Shown piece by piece: positions 37,583 to 46,406 of a DNA stretch of 64,000 bases (position 1 is its first letter; each line of letters starts with the position of its first letter). The notes under the pieces are model-generated. The model made no database searches. It had not been told where the DNA came from and saw only the letters and a program-made list of their open reading frames with translations. A program made the translations under genes and the position numbers. This DNA is from an uncultured Victivallis sp. (GTDB lineage: Bacteria; Verrucomicrobiota; Lentisphaeria; Victivallales; GWF2-50-93), in contig CAZION010000007.1 of assembly GCA_964540865.1 (NCBI GenBank), positions 17,130 through 81,129 on the forward strand, read 5' to 3'.

Positions 37583-38953
37583 ATGAAATCATTGAAAATC
37601 GCTTATTGCGACATCGCCGATCCCCGATTGGGGCCGGATATGCATCAGAAGATAGTCGCGAAGGGTAAGGAGTTGTCTGACGCGCTGAAAAGCGCCGGCA
37701 CTGAAATCATCTCCGCCGGCAAGGTCATTGATAATGAATTCAAAGGCGCGGAATTCGCTGAACAGGCCAGGAACGCAGGCTGCTGCGGGATCATCATCCG
37801 GCTGGCGTGGTTTCATCGCGCGAATGTTCCCGTAGGAATCGCACAGGCTAGCGGACTGCCATGCCTGCTTTGCGCCCTTCCGAACCCGAACGATACCGGA
37901 TTCGAAGGACTGGCTTTGGCCCATGGCGCCATGGATGAGGTTGGAATTCCGCACCAGATCCGCTTCGGCGGTATTGAACCTGAGAATATCAATAAAATAG
38001 GAGACTGGATCAAGGCGTGTTACGCCGGACGATGCTTCTGGGGTGCGACTTACGGCGAGATCGGCGGGCGCTGTCTGGAAATGATTCCAGGCAGTTCCGA
38101 CTACAATCAACTACGGAAAATATTCGGGTTTCACGTTGAGCCAATGGAACAATGGACGTTGATTCATGAAGCTGAAAAGGTGACGGAAGACCAATGCCTG
38201 GCAGTGGTGTCGGACTGGAGAAAGCGCTTCAAGTCCATTACTGCAAACGATGAGACGATGAGACGCTCCGCCAAACTATATGTTGCCGGTAAAAAAATAT
38301 TTGCCGACAAGAAATGGGATTTTGCCGGAATTCAATGCCAGTTGGAAATGATCGACAATTATCTAGCGCCATGTCTGCCGGTTGCCATGTGGAACGAGGA
38401 AGGTTTTACCGTTTCCTGCGAGACAGACATGAACAACGCCCTCGGAATGTTCATGATCCATAAAATGACCGGCAATCCCGGCATGTTCTGCGACATCTAC
38501 CATTTCGACCGGGAAAAACATCAGATTCATGCGTTGAATTGCGGCACTGCCGCCCCATACGCCGCCGGAGGCGCGAAGAATGTCAATGTTGTCGAACAGA
38601 CCCCTGCACAGGGGACCTGGGATGAGGAAAAAGAATGTTCGCTGTGCAAAGGCGGTGCCTGCAACCAGTTCATCATGCCGCCCGGTCCCGTGACAATTAT
38701 CCGTTTTGGGCGCATTGATGGCGAATACGTATTGCATGTGGTCGAGGGAGAGGCGGTTAAGCATAAGTTTGATCCAAGCGAGCTGATGGGCATAGCTGCG
38801 GTCTGGCCGTTCGCGTATATTCAATTGCCGGAATCGCTTGACGCCGATAAGTTCATAGTTTCCATGAGATCGCATCACGCTGTTATCGCCAGGGGCGATA
38901 TAGCCGGAGCCGCCCGGGAATTCGCCAAGCTGAAGAATATCAGGCTGCTGTAA
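37583..38953 (+). CDS. L-fucose/L-arabinose isomerase family protein
   Basis: QCQLE, PCL, SCETD, NCG, PGPVT..R, HH. Confidence 0.85.
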   Translation: MKSLKIAYCDIADPRLGPDMHQKIVAKGKELSDALKSAGTEIISAGKVIDNEFKGAEFAEQARNAGCCGIIIRLAWFHRANVPVGIAQASGLPCLLCALPNPNDTGFEGLALAHGAMDEVGIPHQIRFGGIEPENINKIGDWIKACYAGRCFWGATYGEIGGRCLEMIPGSSDYNQLRKIFGFHVEPMEQWTLIHEAEKVTEDQCLAVVSDWRKRFKSITANDETMRRSAKLYVAGKKIFADKKWDFAGIQCQLEMIDNYLAPCLPVAMWNEEGFTVSCETDMNNALGMFMIHKMTGNPGMFCDIYHFDREKHQIHALNCGTAAPYAAGGAKNVNVVEQTPAQGTWDEEKECSLCKGGACNQFIMPPGPVTIIRFGRIDGEYVLHVVEGEAVKHKFDPSELMGIAAVWPFAYIQLPESLDADKFIVSMRSHHAVIARGDIAGAAREFAKLKNIRLL

Positions 38954-39006
38954 CAATATAAATATGTAATGTTCTAAAGAACCTTCATCAAATCAGGAGA
39001 ATTTCT

Positions 39007-40005
39007 ATGACTTCAGTTGAAAGGGTAAATAAGACGTTGGATTTTCAAAAGCCCGACAGAATTCCGGTCATGCTGTGGTGGATGTTGGCTACAGAAATGA
39101 AATATGGAGAGAGTTTTAAACGATTGATTGATAAATATCACCAGGATATCGCGTTTGTAGGAAGACAGAATCCGGAAGTGGATGACAGGCTTTTCCAGGA
39201 GGGTACGTTTACAGACATATGGGGATGCCGCTGGGAAAATGCGAATCCGGGTTTTTCCGGACAGGTTTTCGGACATCCTCTTGAAGACTTGTCCGCGCTG
39301 AAAAGCTATCGGCCACCTATCGATCAGGCAACTGTTGGTTTTGAGAATATCAAAAGGGACATCGAAGTGGTACACAGAAATGATCAATTTGCCCTAGGGG
39401 CTCCCGGCATGGGCATATTCCACCGAATGGATTTTCTCAGGGGAACAATGAACCTGTATATGGATGTCATGGACATAACTGAAGATGTCAAGTGTGTCCG
39501 CGATATGGTGTTCGAATATAAGATGAGGGAGTTGGACGGCTATCTGAAAACGGAAATTGACGGTATCCAGCTGAATGACGACTGGGGAACTCAAATAAGC
39601 CTGCTGATTCCACCTCCCGTATGGAGGGATTTCATGAAACCATGCTACCGCGAATATTTTTCGCGCATTAAAAAGGCCGGTAAGCGCGTGTTCTTTCACA
39701 GCGACGGCTATATAAAGGAAATATATCCTGATCTGATTGAGATCGGGGTGGAGGCATTGAACAGCCAGGTATGGTGCATGGGCGTTGAGGAACTGGGCAG
39801 GGAGTTCGCTGGGAAAATCACTTTCTATGGCGAAGTTGATCGCCAGAATGTTTTGAGCAGCGGTTCCCCCGAAGCCGCCAGACGTGCCGTGGACACTATG
39901 AAACGATGCCTCAGGACTGAAAAAGGCGGCCTGATCGGACAAGCCGAAGTCGGACCTGACGTGCCGCTCGAAACTATCGAAACATTGTTGTCAGCATGGG
40001 AGTGA
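39007..40005 (+). CDS. UroD/methylcobalamin:CoM methyltransferase family protein
   Basis: MTSVERV..T..F.KPDRIP, D.WG..W, LRG, DDWGTQ, FHSDG, G.VDRQ. Confidence 0.9.
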   Translation: MTSVERVNKTLDFQKPDRIPVMLWWMLATEMKYGESFKRLIDKYHQDIAFVGRQNPEVDDRLFQEGTFTDIWGCRWENANPGFSGQVFGHPLEDLSALKSYRPPIDQATVGFENIKRDIEVVHRNDQFALGAPGMGIFHRMDFLRGTMNLYMDVMDITEDVKCVRDMVFEYKMRELDGYLKTEIDGIQLNDDWGTQISLLIPPPVWRDFMKPCYREYFSRIKKAGKRVFFHSDGYIKEIYPDLIEIGVEALNSQVWCMGVEELGREFAGKITFYGEVDRQNVLSSGSPEAARRAVDTMKRCLRTEKGGLIGQAEVGPDVPLETIETLLSAWE

Positions 40006-40290
40006 CAACTGCGTCTGCGGGATTATTTAAGGGAAAAACAAACAAGAGGAGAACTTATGAAGAAAGTGATGTTTTGCGTTATGGCATTTTTTAATTTGAA
40101 GGTCTTCATGTTGAAATAATCCCCTGCAATAACGAGACCATGGTGGCGGGAATCAAGATGTATCCAGTGGGTAAGGGCGATAAATTGATGCCTGTCGCTG
40201 GTTTTTCCTATGGAATCAAGCTGAAAACAGCTCAATAAAGTGCGAATTTTGAACTGTGCCGTAAGAGCCAAATATTTCTATTAATTTTAA

Positions 40291-42597
40291 ATGACAGGGA
40301 GTCCAATGAAAGTCAGAAATGTTCCAGAGTCGTTGACAGCTCCGCACTGGATCAAGAGCTGCACACGCAGATTCATGGTGGGGTTTCATCTTCCGGATTA
40401 CGATCAAATCCAGGTGTACCCCAGCGGCATCTCCCCGATTCTGTCCAAGTTCGATGCCAGCGATTTCGTGAAGACGTTGAAGAGGTCGCATGTCCAGATG
40501 TTCTGGTTCTACAATAAATGCCATATGGGCAACTCGTATCATCCCAGCGTTGTGCCGCAGTCGCATGTCCACTCCGCCATGAAAGGGCGCGATTTCTTCG
40601 GCGAAATCACTGACGCTTGCCTTGACGAGGGCATTGTGCCTGGCTGCGTCTATGAGTTTTCTGACTACCGAATCATGAGGGACAAGCCTGATTGGTGTCA
40701 CCGGATTCCGGGCCCCCAGATCAAAGGCGATATGACTGATGCCGTGCAGGGCTCTCGAGTAGGTGGCCCCTGCCTTAATGGTCCCTATGGAGATTATGTT
40801 ATCGCCCAGACCGTGGAGACGATTAAAAACTACCCGGTGCAGGGATATTATGTGGACTTCCTGGGATTCATGGGCGATGACAAATGGATCTGCCAGCACG
40901 GTTGCAACGACAGCCTGAATTCCGAGCTTGGATTTGAATTCCGCGGCATTGAGCACTTGAGTCATGAACAGTATGTGAAGTATCTCAAATGGAAGTTCGA
41001 ACAGTATGACAGATACTGCAATCGCCTACTCAAGGCCATGCGTGAGGCACGTCCTGACATCGTATTCCTCCACAACGCCCATCTGGTGTCCGACAAGCCG
41101 AACCTGCAGACATACGAACTGGCCGGACGCAATTGCGACTATATGACCGGAGACCTGTTCTCCATGCGTGGAGGCACCCTCCAGATGAGCACTATCCTCC
41201 GGAGCTATGCCGGTGCCAGCCGCTTCCTTCCAGCCGAGTCGCTGCTGGACTCGGCCATCAGCATGGGGCACGACTTCTTCACGCCTAAGGCGCTCGACAG
41301 CTACCGGGCAGAACTTTGGACGGCACGGTCTGTCAATGTGACGAATTGCACTTCAATCAGCATGAACATAGATGGTACTTTCGACCGGTCTATCACTGAA
41401 CTTGTCAAAAAGGTATATGAGGACCAGATCCCTTATGAGCCATGGCTGAAGGACATGCGTTTCGAGGCCAGTGTTGGCCTGGTGCGGAGCCAGAACACGA
41501 TTTTCTACAGGCCGGATGAGTTCAAGGAGAACCTGCCACAGTCGTTCTACCGGGTAGATTATGGTGCGCCATTGCATTCGATGGACTTCAAGGGCTGGGC
41601 TCAAACCCTGATAGCTTCACATCACCTTTGGGATGTGGTGCAGGATTATCAGTTGACCGACGAATATCTGCGACGGTTCAAAGTCGTGATTCTTCCGAAC
41701 GCAGCATGCCTGAGTATTGAACAGTGCAACGCATTGGAACGTTTCACACGCAGCGGAGGGACGCTCATCGCGACCGGCGAAACGTCGTTGTATGATGAGA
41801 ACGGCCTAGTCCGCAAAGACTTCGCCCTCTCCTCCACGCTGGGAGTGCATTATACCGGACCACGCGAGCCGGAGCCGGCGCGATTGTTGTTCGAAGACCG
41901 CCGAATCGCTCCAAAGGAGGGATTCGTGGCTCCGTTTGTCTTCTTTCATGCCGGATACTGGCCTGTCAAAGCCGCTAAGGACACCAAACCCCTGGGTATG
42001 TGTGCCAAGCGGATCGGCGATACGGGCTTGATCTTTCCGTATCTACCAACTGGGAAGCCCATCCTGACTCAGCGCAAAAACGGGAAGGGAACTGCGTTCT
42101 ATTGCGCTGGTATGCCTGGACTGGAATACCGGGTCTGCGGATTTACTTCACAGAAACGGATGATGACGCGGATCTTGGACCTGGCTGTTGGCAGATCCTC
42201 TCCAGTGCTTGTGCAGGCACCGGCGACGGTAGAGGTGTTCGCTCACCGCCAGGATGGCAAAGAAAATCTTGTCGTAAACCTGGTGAACTGGGTGTCAGGT
42301 GTCTCTCGTAGCGATGGCAGCTTTGGCATCAACAGGGGTAAGCTCATCATTGAATCCATGCGTTTCGACGAGACAGAACACATGCCGCCTGCCAGCGGCG
42401 TGACAGTACGCTTCCGTCCGAACGAAGGACGTAAACCCATACGAGTCTGCCTGGCTCCGTCGCGCAAGCAACTGCCAATGCGCAAGATTGGCAAAGACAT
42501 CGAAGTTTCGCTTCCGCCATTCGATGTGCATGCGATGCTCGTTGCAGAGTATCGTAGCAATGGGAGAGTTGGGCGGGGAAAACAAATTTCAAGATAG
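40291..42597 (+). CDS. Putative glycoside hydrolase (GHL6/GH29-like barrel plus beta-galactosidase trimerization-like domain)
   Basis: FD...FV..L..SHV, KCH.G.SY.PS, H..M.GRDF.GE...AC...GI, VILPNAACLS, GGTLIATGETSLYDE.G; no signal peptide. Confidence 0.8.
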   Translation: MTGSPMKVRNVPESLTAPHWIKSCTRRFMVGFHLPDYDQIQVYPSGISPILSKFDASDFVKTLKRSHVQMFWFYNKCHMGNSYHPSVVPQSHVHSAMKGRDFFGEITDACLDEGIVPGCVYEFSDYRIMRDKPDWCHRIPGPQIKGDMTDAVQGSRVGGPCLNGPYGDYVIAQTVETIKNYPVQGYYVDFLGFMGDDKWICQHGCNDSLNSELGFEFRGIEHLSHEQYVKYLKWKFEQYDRYCNRLLKAMREARPDIVFLHNAHLVSDKPNLQTYELAGRNCDYMTGDLFSMRGGTLQMSTILRSYAGASRFLPAESLLDSAISMGHDFFTPKALDSYRAELWTARSVNVTNCTSISMNIDGTFDRSITELVKKVYEDQIPYEPWLKDMRFEASVGLVRSQNTIFYRPDEFKENLPQSFYRVDYGAPLHSMDFKGWAQTLIASHHLWDVVQDYQLTDEYLRRFKVVILPNAACLSIEQCNALERFTRSGGTLIATGETSLYDENGLVRKDFALSSTLGVHYTGPREPEPARLLFEDRRIAPKEGFVAPFVFFHAGYWPVKAAKDTKPLGMCAKRIGDTGLIFPYLPTGKPILTQRKNGKGTAFYCAGMPGLEYRVCGFTSQKRMMTRILDLAVGRSSPVLVQAPATVEVFAHRQDGKENLVVNLVNWVSGVSRSDGSFGINRGKLIIESMRFDETEHMPPASGVTVRFRPNEGRKPIRVCLAPSRKQLPMRKIGKDIEVSLPPFDVHAMLVAEYRSNGRVGRGKQISR

Positions 42598-42608
42598 GAG
42601 GGTGGAAA

Positions 42609-43505
42609 ATGATATACGGCTATTTACGCAGTACGGTCTTGGCGCTAATGCTGACATTAATTACAGCAACAATATATGCCGAGGGAAAAAAGGATAAGCC
42701 CAAAGATGTTGATGCCGCATTATTGTTTGTCCCATTGAATGATGCAGTATCTATCGATGCCGGAACACTGGAGACGAGGTTCAACCTAAACTATACCTTT
42801 GATGACTCCCTGCGGCCAGGGGAATCTGCTTGTACACCATTTGTTTTCTTGAAAGTCTGCGGCAAGGACGGGTCAAGAGACGGGAAAGATGACAAAGTTC
42901 CCAAGATTTCCATCGTTGCCTATTTTGCGAGAGGCAGCCATTCCTTCCTGTTTTTCAACAGCTATTATTACATGAAGGTAAATAATCCCCCCGATACCAT
43001 ATACCGGGCCTTGAACACTAGGGGCAACAAGGAGAATGGACCATGGATCTCCCAGGACAACGAGTGGCATTCCCTTGCCGTTACATGGAAAGTTGAAAAT
43101 GGAGGATTGCATGTCAGTTCATTTTTTGACGGCAAGTTTTGCCAGGACACAACGCTGCCGATAAAAGAAAGCAATATTCCCCCGTTTGCAAAAGATGATC
43201 TGATTGGAATCGGCGGACTTGACCTGTCGCCTGCGACCATTCTGTCCTATCGTCTTTCGAACAGGGTTCGAACTCTTGAGGAAATAGCTTCAAAAGACCC
43301 ATTGAAGCCTGATAAGGAAACCACGTTTTTCCTTGATGCGGAGATCGCAATGAAATTCAGCAGTTTTGAAAAAAATGATTTCATAAGAATGAATAAGAGC
43401 GGTGAGATAAATATGAAGAAAAAAGGTGCTTTCTTCGGGAAATTCAAAATTGTCGACACTCCTGAAGGGAAAGCCATCCAATTCTACAATAAGTGTTCGA
43501 GGTGA
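42609..43505 (+). CDS. Hypothetical secreted protein, concanavalin/LamG-like
   Basis: Signal peptide; GTLE, EWHSLAVTW, FFDG, RLSNRVR. Confidence 0.65.
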   Translation: MIYGYLRSTVLALMLTLITATIYAEGKKDKPKDVDAALLFVPLNDAVSIDAGTLETRFNLNYTFDDSLRPGESACTPFVFLKVCGKDGSRDGKDDKVPKISIVAYFARGSHSFLFFNSYYYMKVNNPPDTIYRALNTRGNKENGPWISQDNEWHSLAVTWKVENGGLHVSSFFDGKFCQDTTLPIKESNIPPFAKDDLIGIGGLDLSPATILSYRLSNRVRTLEEIASKDPLKPDKETTFFLDAEIAMKFSSFEKNDFIRMNKSGEINMKKKGAFFGKFKIVDTPEGKAIQFYNKCSR

Positions 43506-43680
43506 ATTAACAGCAATTATAGTGTGATAGAATTGTTTCGTTCAATCCCTCTGGAGCCATCTTTTTAGAAAAAAACGTACTAAAAGAACATGCTATACAG
43601 GGCAAGGGGTGTTTTATTTATTTTATCAAATCCGTTCTCCGGAAGCTTTTTTTACAAAAAGTTCTGTGTTTAATTTAATG

Positions 43681-44541
43681 TCAGCTGGGTGGTGGTGGAA
43701 AGTCAAGGCCTGTCTCCTCAAATGCTACGTAACTTCCACCTTTGGCGATGGTTCTGGCCGCCATGTCGGCGATAGCTACCGCATTTCGAGCCTGTTCCGG
43801 GGTGGTGCGTTGGAGTGGATCGACACCCGGCAGCTCTACGCCGAGCACGCTGGCAATCAGTTTGACATCTGCGCCGCCGTGGCCGAAGCCCTTGTGAAGT
43901 GTTTTGATATCTATGAATTCCACGCTGCCATTCTTATGAAACAGTCTTATTTCCGGTCTGCCTTCATTCGGAAAATAACCCATTTCCGCACCTCCCGACG
44001 AAGACTTTTGTTTTGCTTTCGCATCGAACACTACGCTATATTCAGCAGCTTCTATCTGCTGGACTTTGCCTATGGCTCCGCCTCGGACGAGCTTGGCAAG
44101 CGCAAGCATGTGCTCATTGTACCGCATATTGTGTCCCGCTATAACCTGGCGGCCATACTTCTGACTGGCTTCGATGATCCGGTTGCACTCCCATACGCTG
44201 GAGGCCAGTGGCTTGTCTATTACGACATTAAGACCGTGACTTAGGGCGGCGGTCGCAACGTCGGCATGCGTGAAGTCGGATGTGGTGATAACGGCCCAGT
44301 CGGCCGGATGTGCTGACGCCGCATCGCTAATTGACGTGAATACCGGAATGTTTGTGCCTAGCACCTCGTTGGCCACACGTGCACGTTCAATATTTGAGTC
44401 GACAAATGCCACGATCTCCGCTCGTTCTTTGAATTCCGGAAAGCCTCGGCTGGGAAATCCCAGCAAGGCGCGGGTGAAAGCATCCCGCCCCCGGTTGCCA
44501 AGTCCGACGATTATGAAACGTTGCTTCTTCTGTGCGCTCAT
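43681..44541 (-). CDS. Gfo/Idh/MocA oxidoreductase, apparently with an internal in-frame deletion (possible pseudogene)
   Basis: Intact Rossmann part (VGLGNRG, D.TH, DKP, HNMRY) and C-terminal GHGGAD, but only 286 aa with the middle catalytic region absent. Confidence 0.7.
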   Translation of the reverse strand: MSAQKKQRFIIVGLGNRGRDAFTRALLGFPSRGFPEFKERAEIVAFVDSNIERARVANEVLGTNIPVFTSISDAASAHPADWAVITTSDFTHADVATAALSHGLNVVIDKPLASSVWECNRIIEASQKYGRQVIAGHNMRYNEHMLALAKLVRGGAIGKVQQIEAAEYSVVFDAKAKQKSSSGGAEMGYFPNEGRPEIRLFHKNGSVEFIDIKTLHKGFGHGGADVKLIASVLGVELPGVDPLQRTTPEQARNAVAIADMAARTIAKGGSYVAFEETGLDFPPPPS

Positions 44542-44611
44542 AAATAGATCTTCTTGATGTTTGTGGTTTTTCAGACAAGTTCATTAGAGGGTACCTTTAT
44601 AGCAATTTTAA

Positions 44612-45491
44612 TCAAAGGTTTAGTATCCTGACAGCATTTTTCCGGGCGACTTTGTTAAAGACAGCTTCGGAAATCCCCCCAGTGCTTTTCAGTTCAAGCA
44701 GGAAATCCACAAGCGGGGCAGGTGTGTCCGGCGCGCATATGTCCGTTCCAAACATGAGCCTGTCCTGAAATTCATCCAGGAATTTAATTGCATATTCCCT
44801 GTCACGTTTCAGAGCGTTATAGCCGCTGCCGGCGGAGAGATCTCCATATAAGTTTGGATACTTGCGCATCAATTTTGGGATCCGACCTTCCCGTGCTACA
44901 GGATATGCTGGATAGTCAAAACGGTCCGCAGCCGGATTTTCAATAACACTCATCTCGGCCCAGAATGCCTGGGAATGTCCAAGGAATTTCAAGTTTGGGA
45001 AACGTTTCAGCGATTCCTCCAATCGCGGCAGCCCGTTGTCGTCCACCAAGCCATAATTGTTGCCTGTAACCGGAGAAATATGGAAAGTCAGAGGCAATCC
45101 TGCCTGTTCCGCGCTTTTAAAGAGATTTTGAACCAGCGGATCAAGGAATGACATGTTCGCGCAGACCTCTCCAATTCCCCTTGCATCCTTTATCACGGTA
45201 AAAGCTCAAGATGTCTACAAGGGGGGCCCAGCATGAATTAGTCAATGCCCTGGGATCAATATTGCAGAAGGGAATGAATCGACCCGGAAAATCAGCCGCA
45301 ATTCCCAGTATTTCCTCGTTTGACTGAGTACAGTAGCTGCATTCCACATTGACTACAGGCAGCAATACCGCGCGTTCGACATCGATTTTGTCATAACGTC
45401 CAATCAATTCCTGAGGGGTGGAAAAAGCGTCTTTTGTTCCTCGCGGGAACCCATGGGCTTTAAATGCATGTGCATGAATATCAATAAACAT
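44612..45491 (-). pseudogene. Amidohydrolase_2 family protein split by a +1 frameshift
   Basis: ORF 45141-45491 (IDIHAH...FCNIDPR...GCKG) continues in ORF 44612-45196 (IGE...FH...LGHS...DLSAGSG...FGTD); one extra base in AAGGGGAATT near 45178. Confidence 0.85.
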
Positions 45492-46403
45492 TTAATTGAC
45501 CTTCCATTGGCTTCCGGCCATGTTGTTCTGGAACTCTTTCTCGATCTCGGCCGCTATGGCCCTGGCAGCGGAGACATCGCCTTTAATGGTTTTCTCGATC
45601 ACTTGACGTCCCTGCTTAAAACAGAATTCCTCGCGTCCAGGAATAATCGGAGCGAAGATCAGGTTGACTCCAGCAGGTGTTTCCTTCATCGCCGCGTATG
45701 AGGCGCGGCTGTCCTCGATGCTGTCGCCGAACATGAACACGTTTTCATATCCGGAATTGGCCAGCGCGGTTAGAGCCTCGGTCTTGCCTGCGGTTTCCTG
45801 CCCGAAATAGCGATTGATGAAGTCAACTCCCTCCTTCTCCAGTGAGGGGCGGAACGAGCTTTCAGTAGCTGTGGACACCAGATAGAAATCCAGTCTGCCG
45901 GAGAAGACATCAAAAATATTTTCCTTGATGCCTGGAGTAAGACCGATTTCGGTCAGTTGGGTCAGGCGCAGGTCAACCTCCTCGCTCCAGGCGAGTATGC
46001 GCCGGACATCTTCCTTCTCGGCGTATTTCTTAAGACTATTGGCGTTGATTTTTACATTTTTGGCTTCAATGGCGCTGATGGAAGCATCAAGACTCGGCAT
46101 CCGGCACTCGTAGCCCTTTTCACTGAGGAAATTGGCCAGTGCATTTACACAGAGAAAGCGTGCCTTGCCGGCGTATTTCTCTGAATGGAAATTAATGTAG
46201 CCGTAAGCCTTTCGATATTCCTCCATCGGAACGCGCTGGAACTTGCTGGCGTGGAGGTAGAGCAATGTGAACATAATCTGATGTTTGTGCTCGGTGAACA
46301 GCTTGCAGACGCCGTCGAAGTCAAGGGCGATGGCGGACGAATTCCTGATTTGCTCTTTCGTTTCCGCGATAAGTTGGATTATTAAATCACTATGTGTGGC
46401 CAT
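45492..46403 (-). CDS. HAD superfamily hydrolase
   Basis: DFDG motif I, VST motif II, K motif III, FGDS.ED motif IV. Confidence 0.82.
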   Translation of the reverse strand: MATHSDLIIQLIAETKEQIRNSSAIALDFDGVCKLFTEHKHQIMFTLLYLHASKFQRVPMEEYRKAYGYINFHSEKYAGKARFLCVNALANFLSEKGYECRMPSLDASISAIEAKNVKINANSLKKYAEKEDVRRILAWSEEVDLRLTQLTEIGLTPGIKENIFDVFSGRLDFYLVSTATESSFRPSLEKEGVDFINRYFGQETAGKTEALTALANSGYENVFMFGDSIEDSRASYAAMKETPAGVNLIFAPIIPGREEFCFKQGRQVIEKTIKGDVSAARAIAAEIEKEFQNNMAGSQWKVN

Positions 46404-46406
46404 GTG

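Noticed and set aside
40216-40965. 249-aa minus-strand ORF, and similar long antisense ORFs at 22011, 26885, 38363, 43609 and 47289
   Set aside because: They overlap well-supported genes on the opposite strand and have no motifs
45141-45196. Programmed ribosomal frameshift
   Set aside because: No canonical slippery heptamer or evident stimulatory structure; a simple indel is more parsimonious
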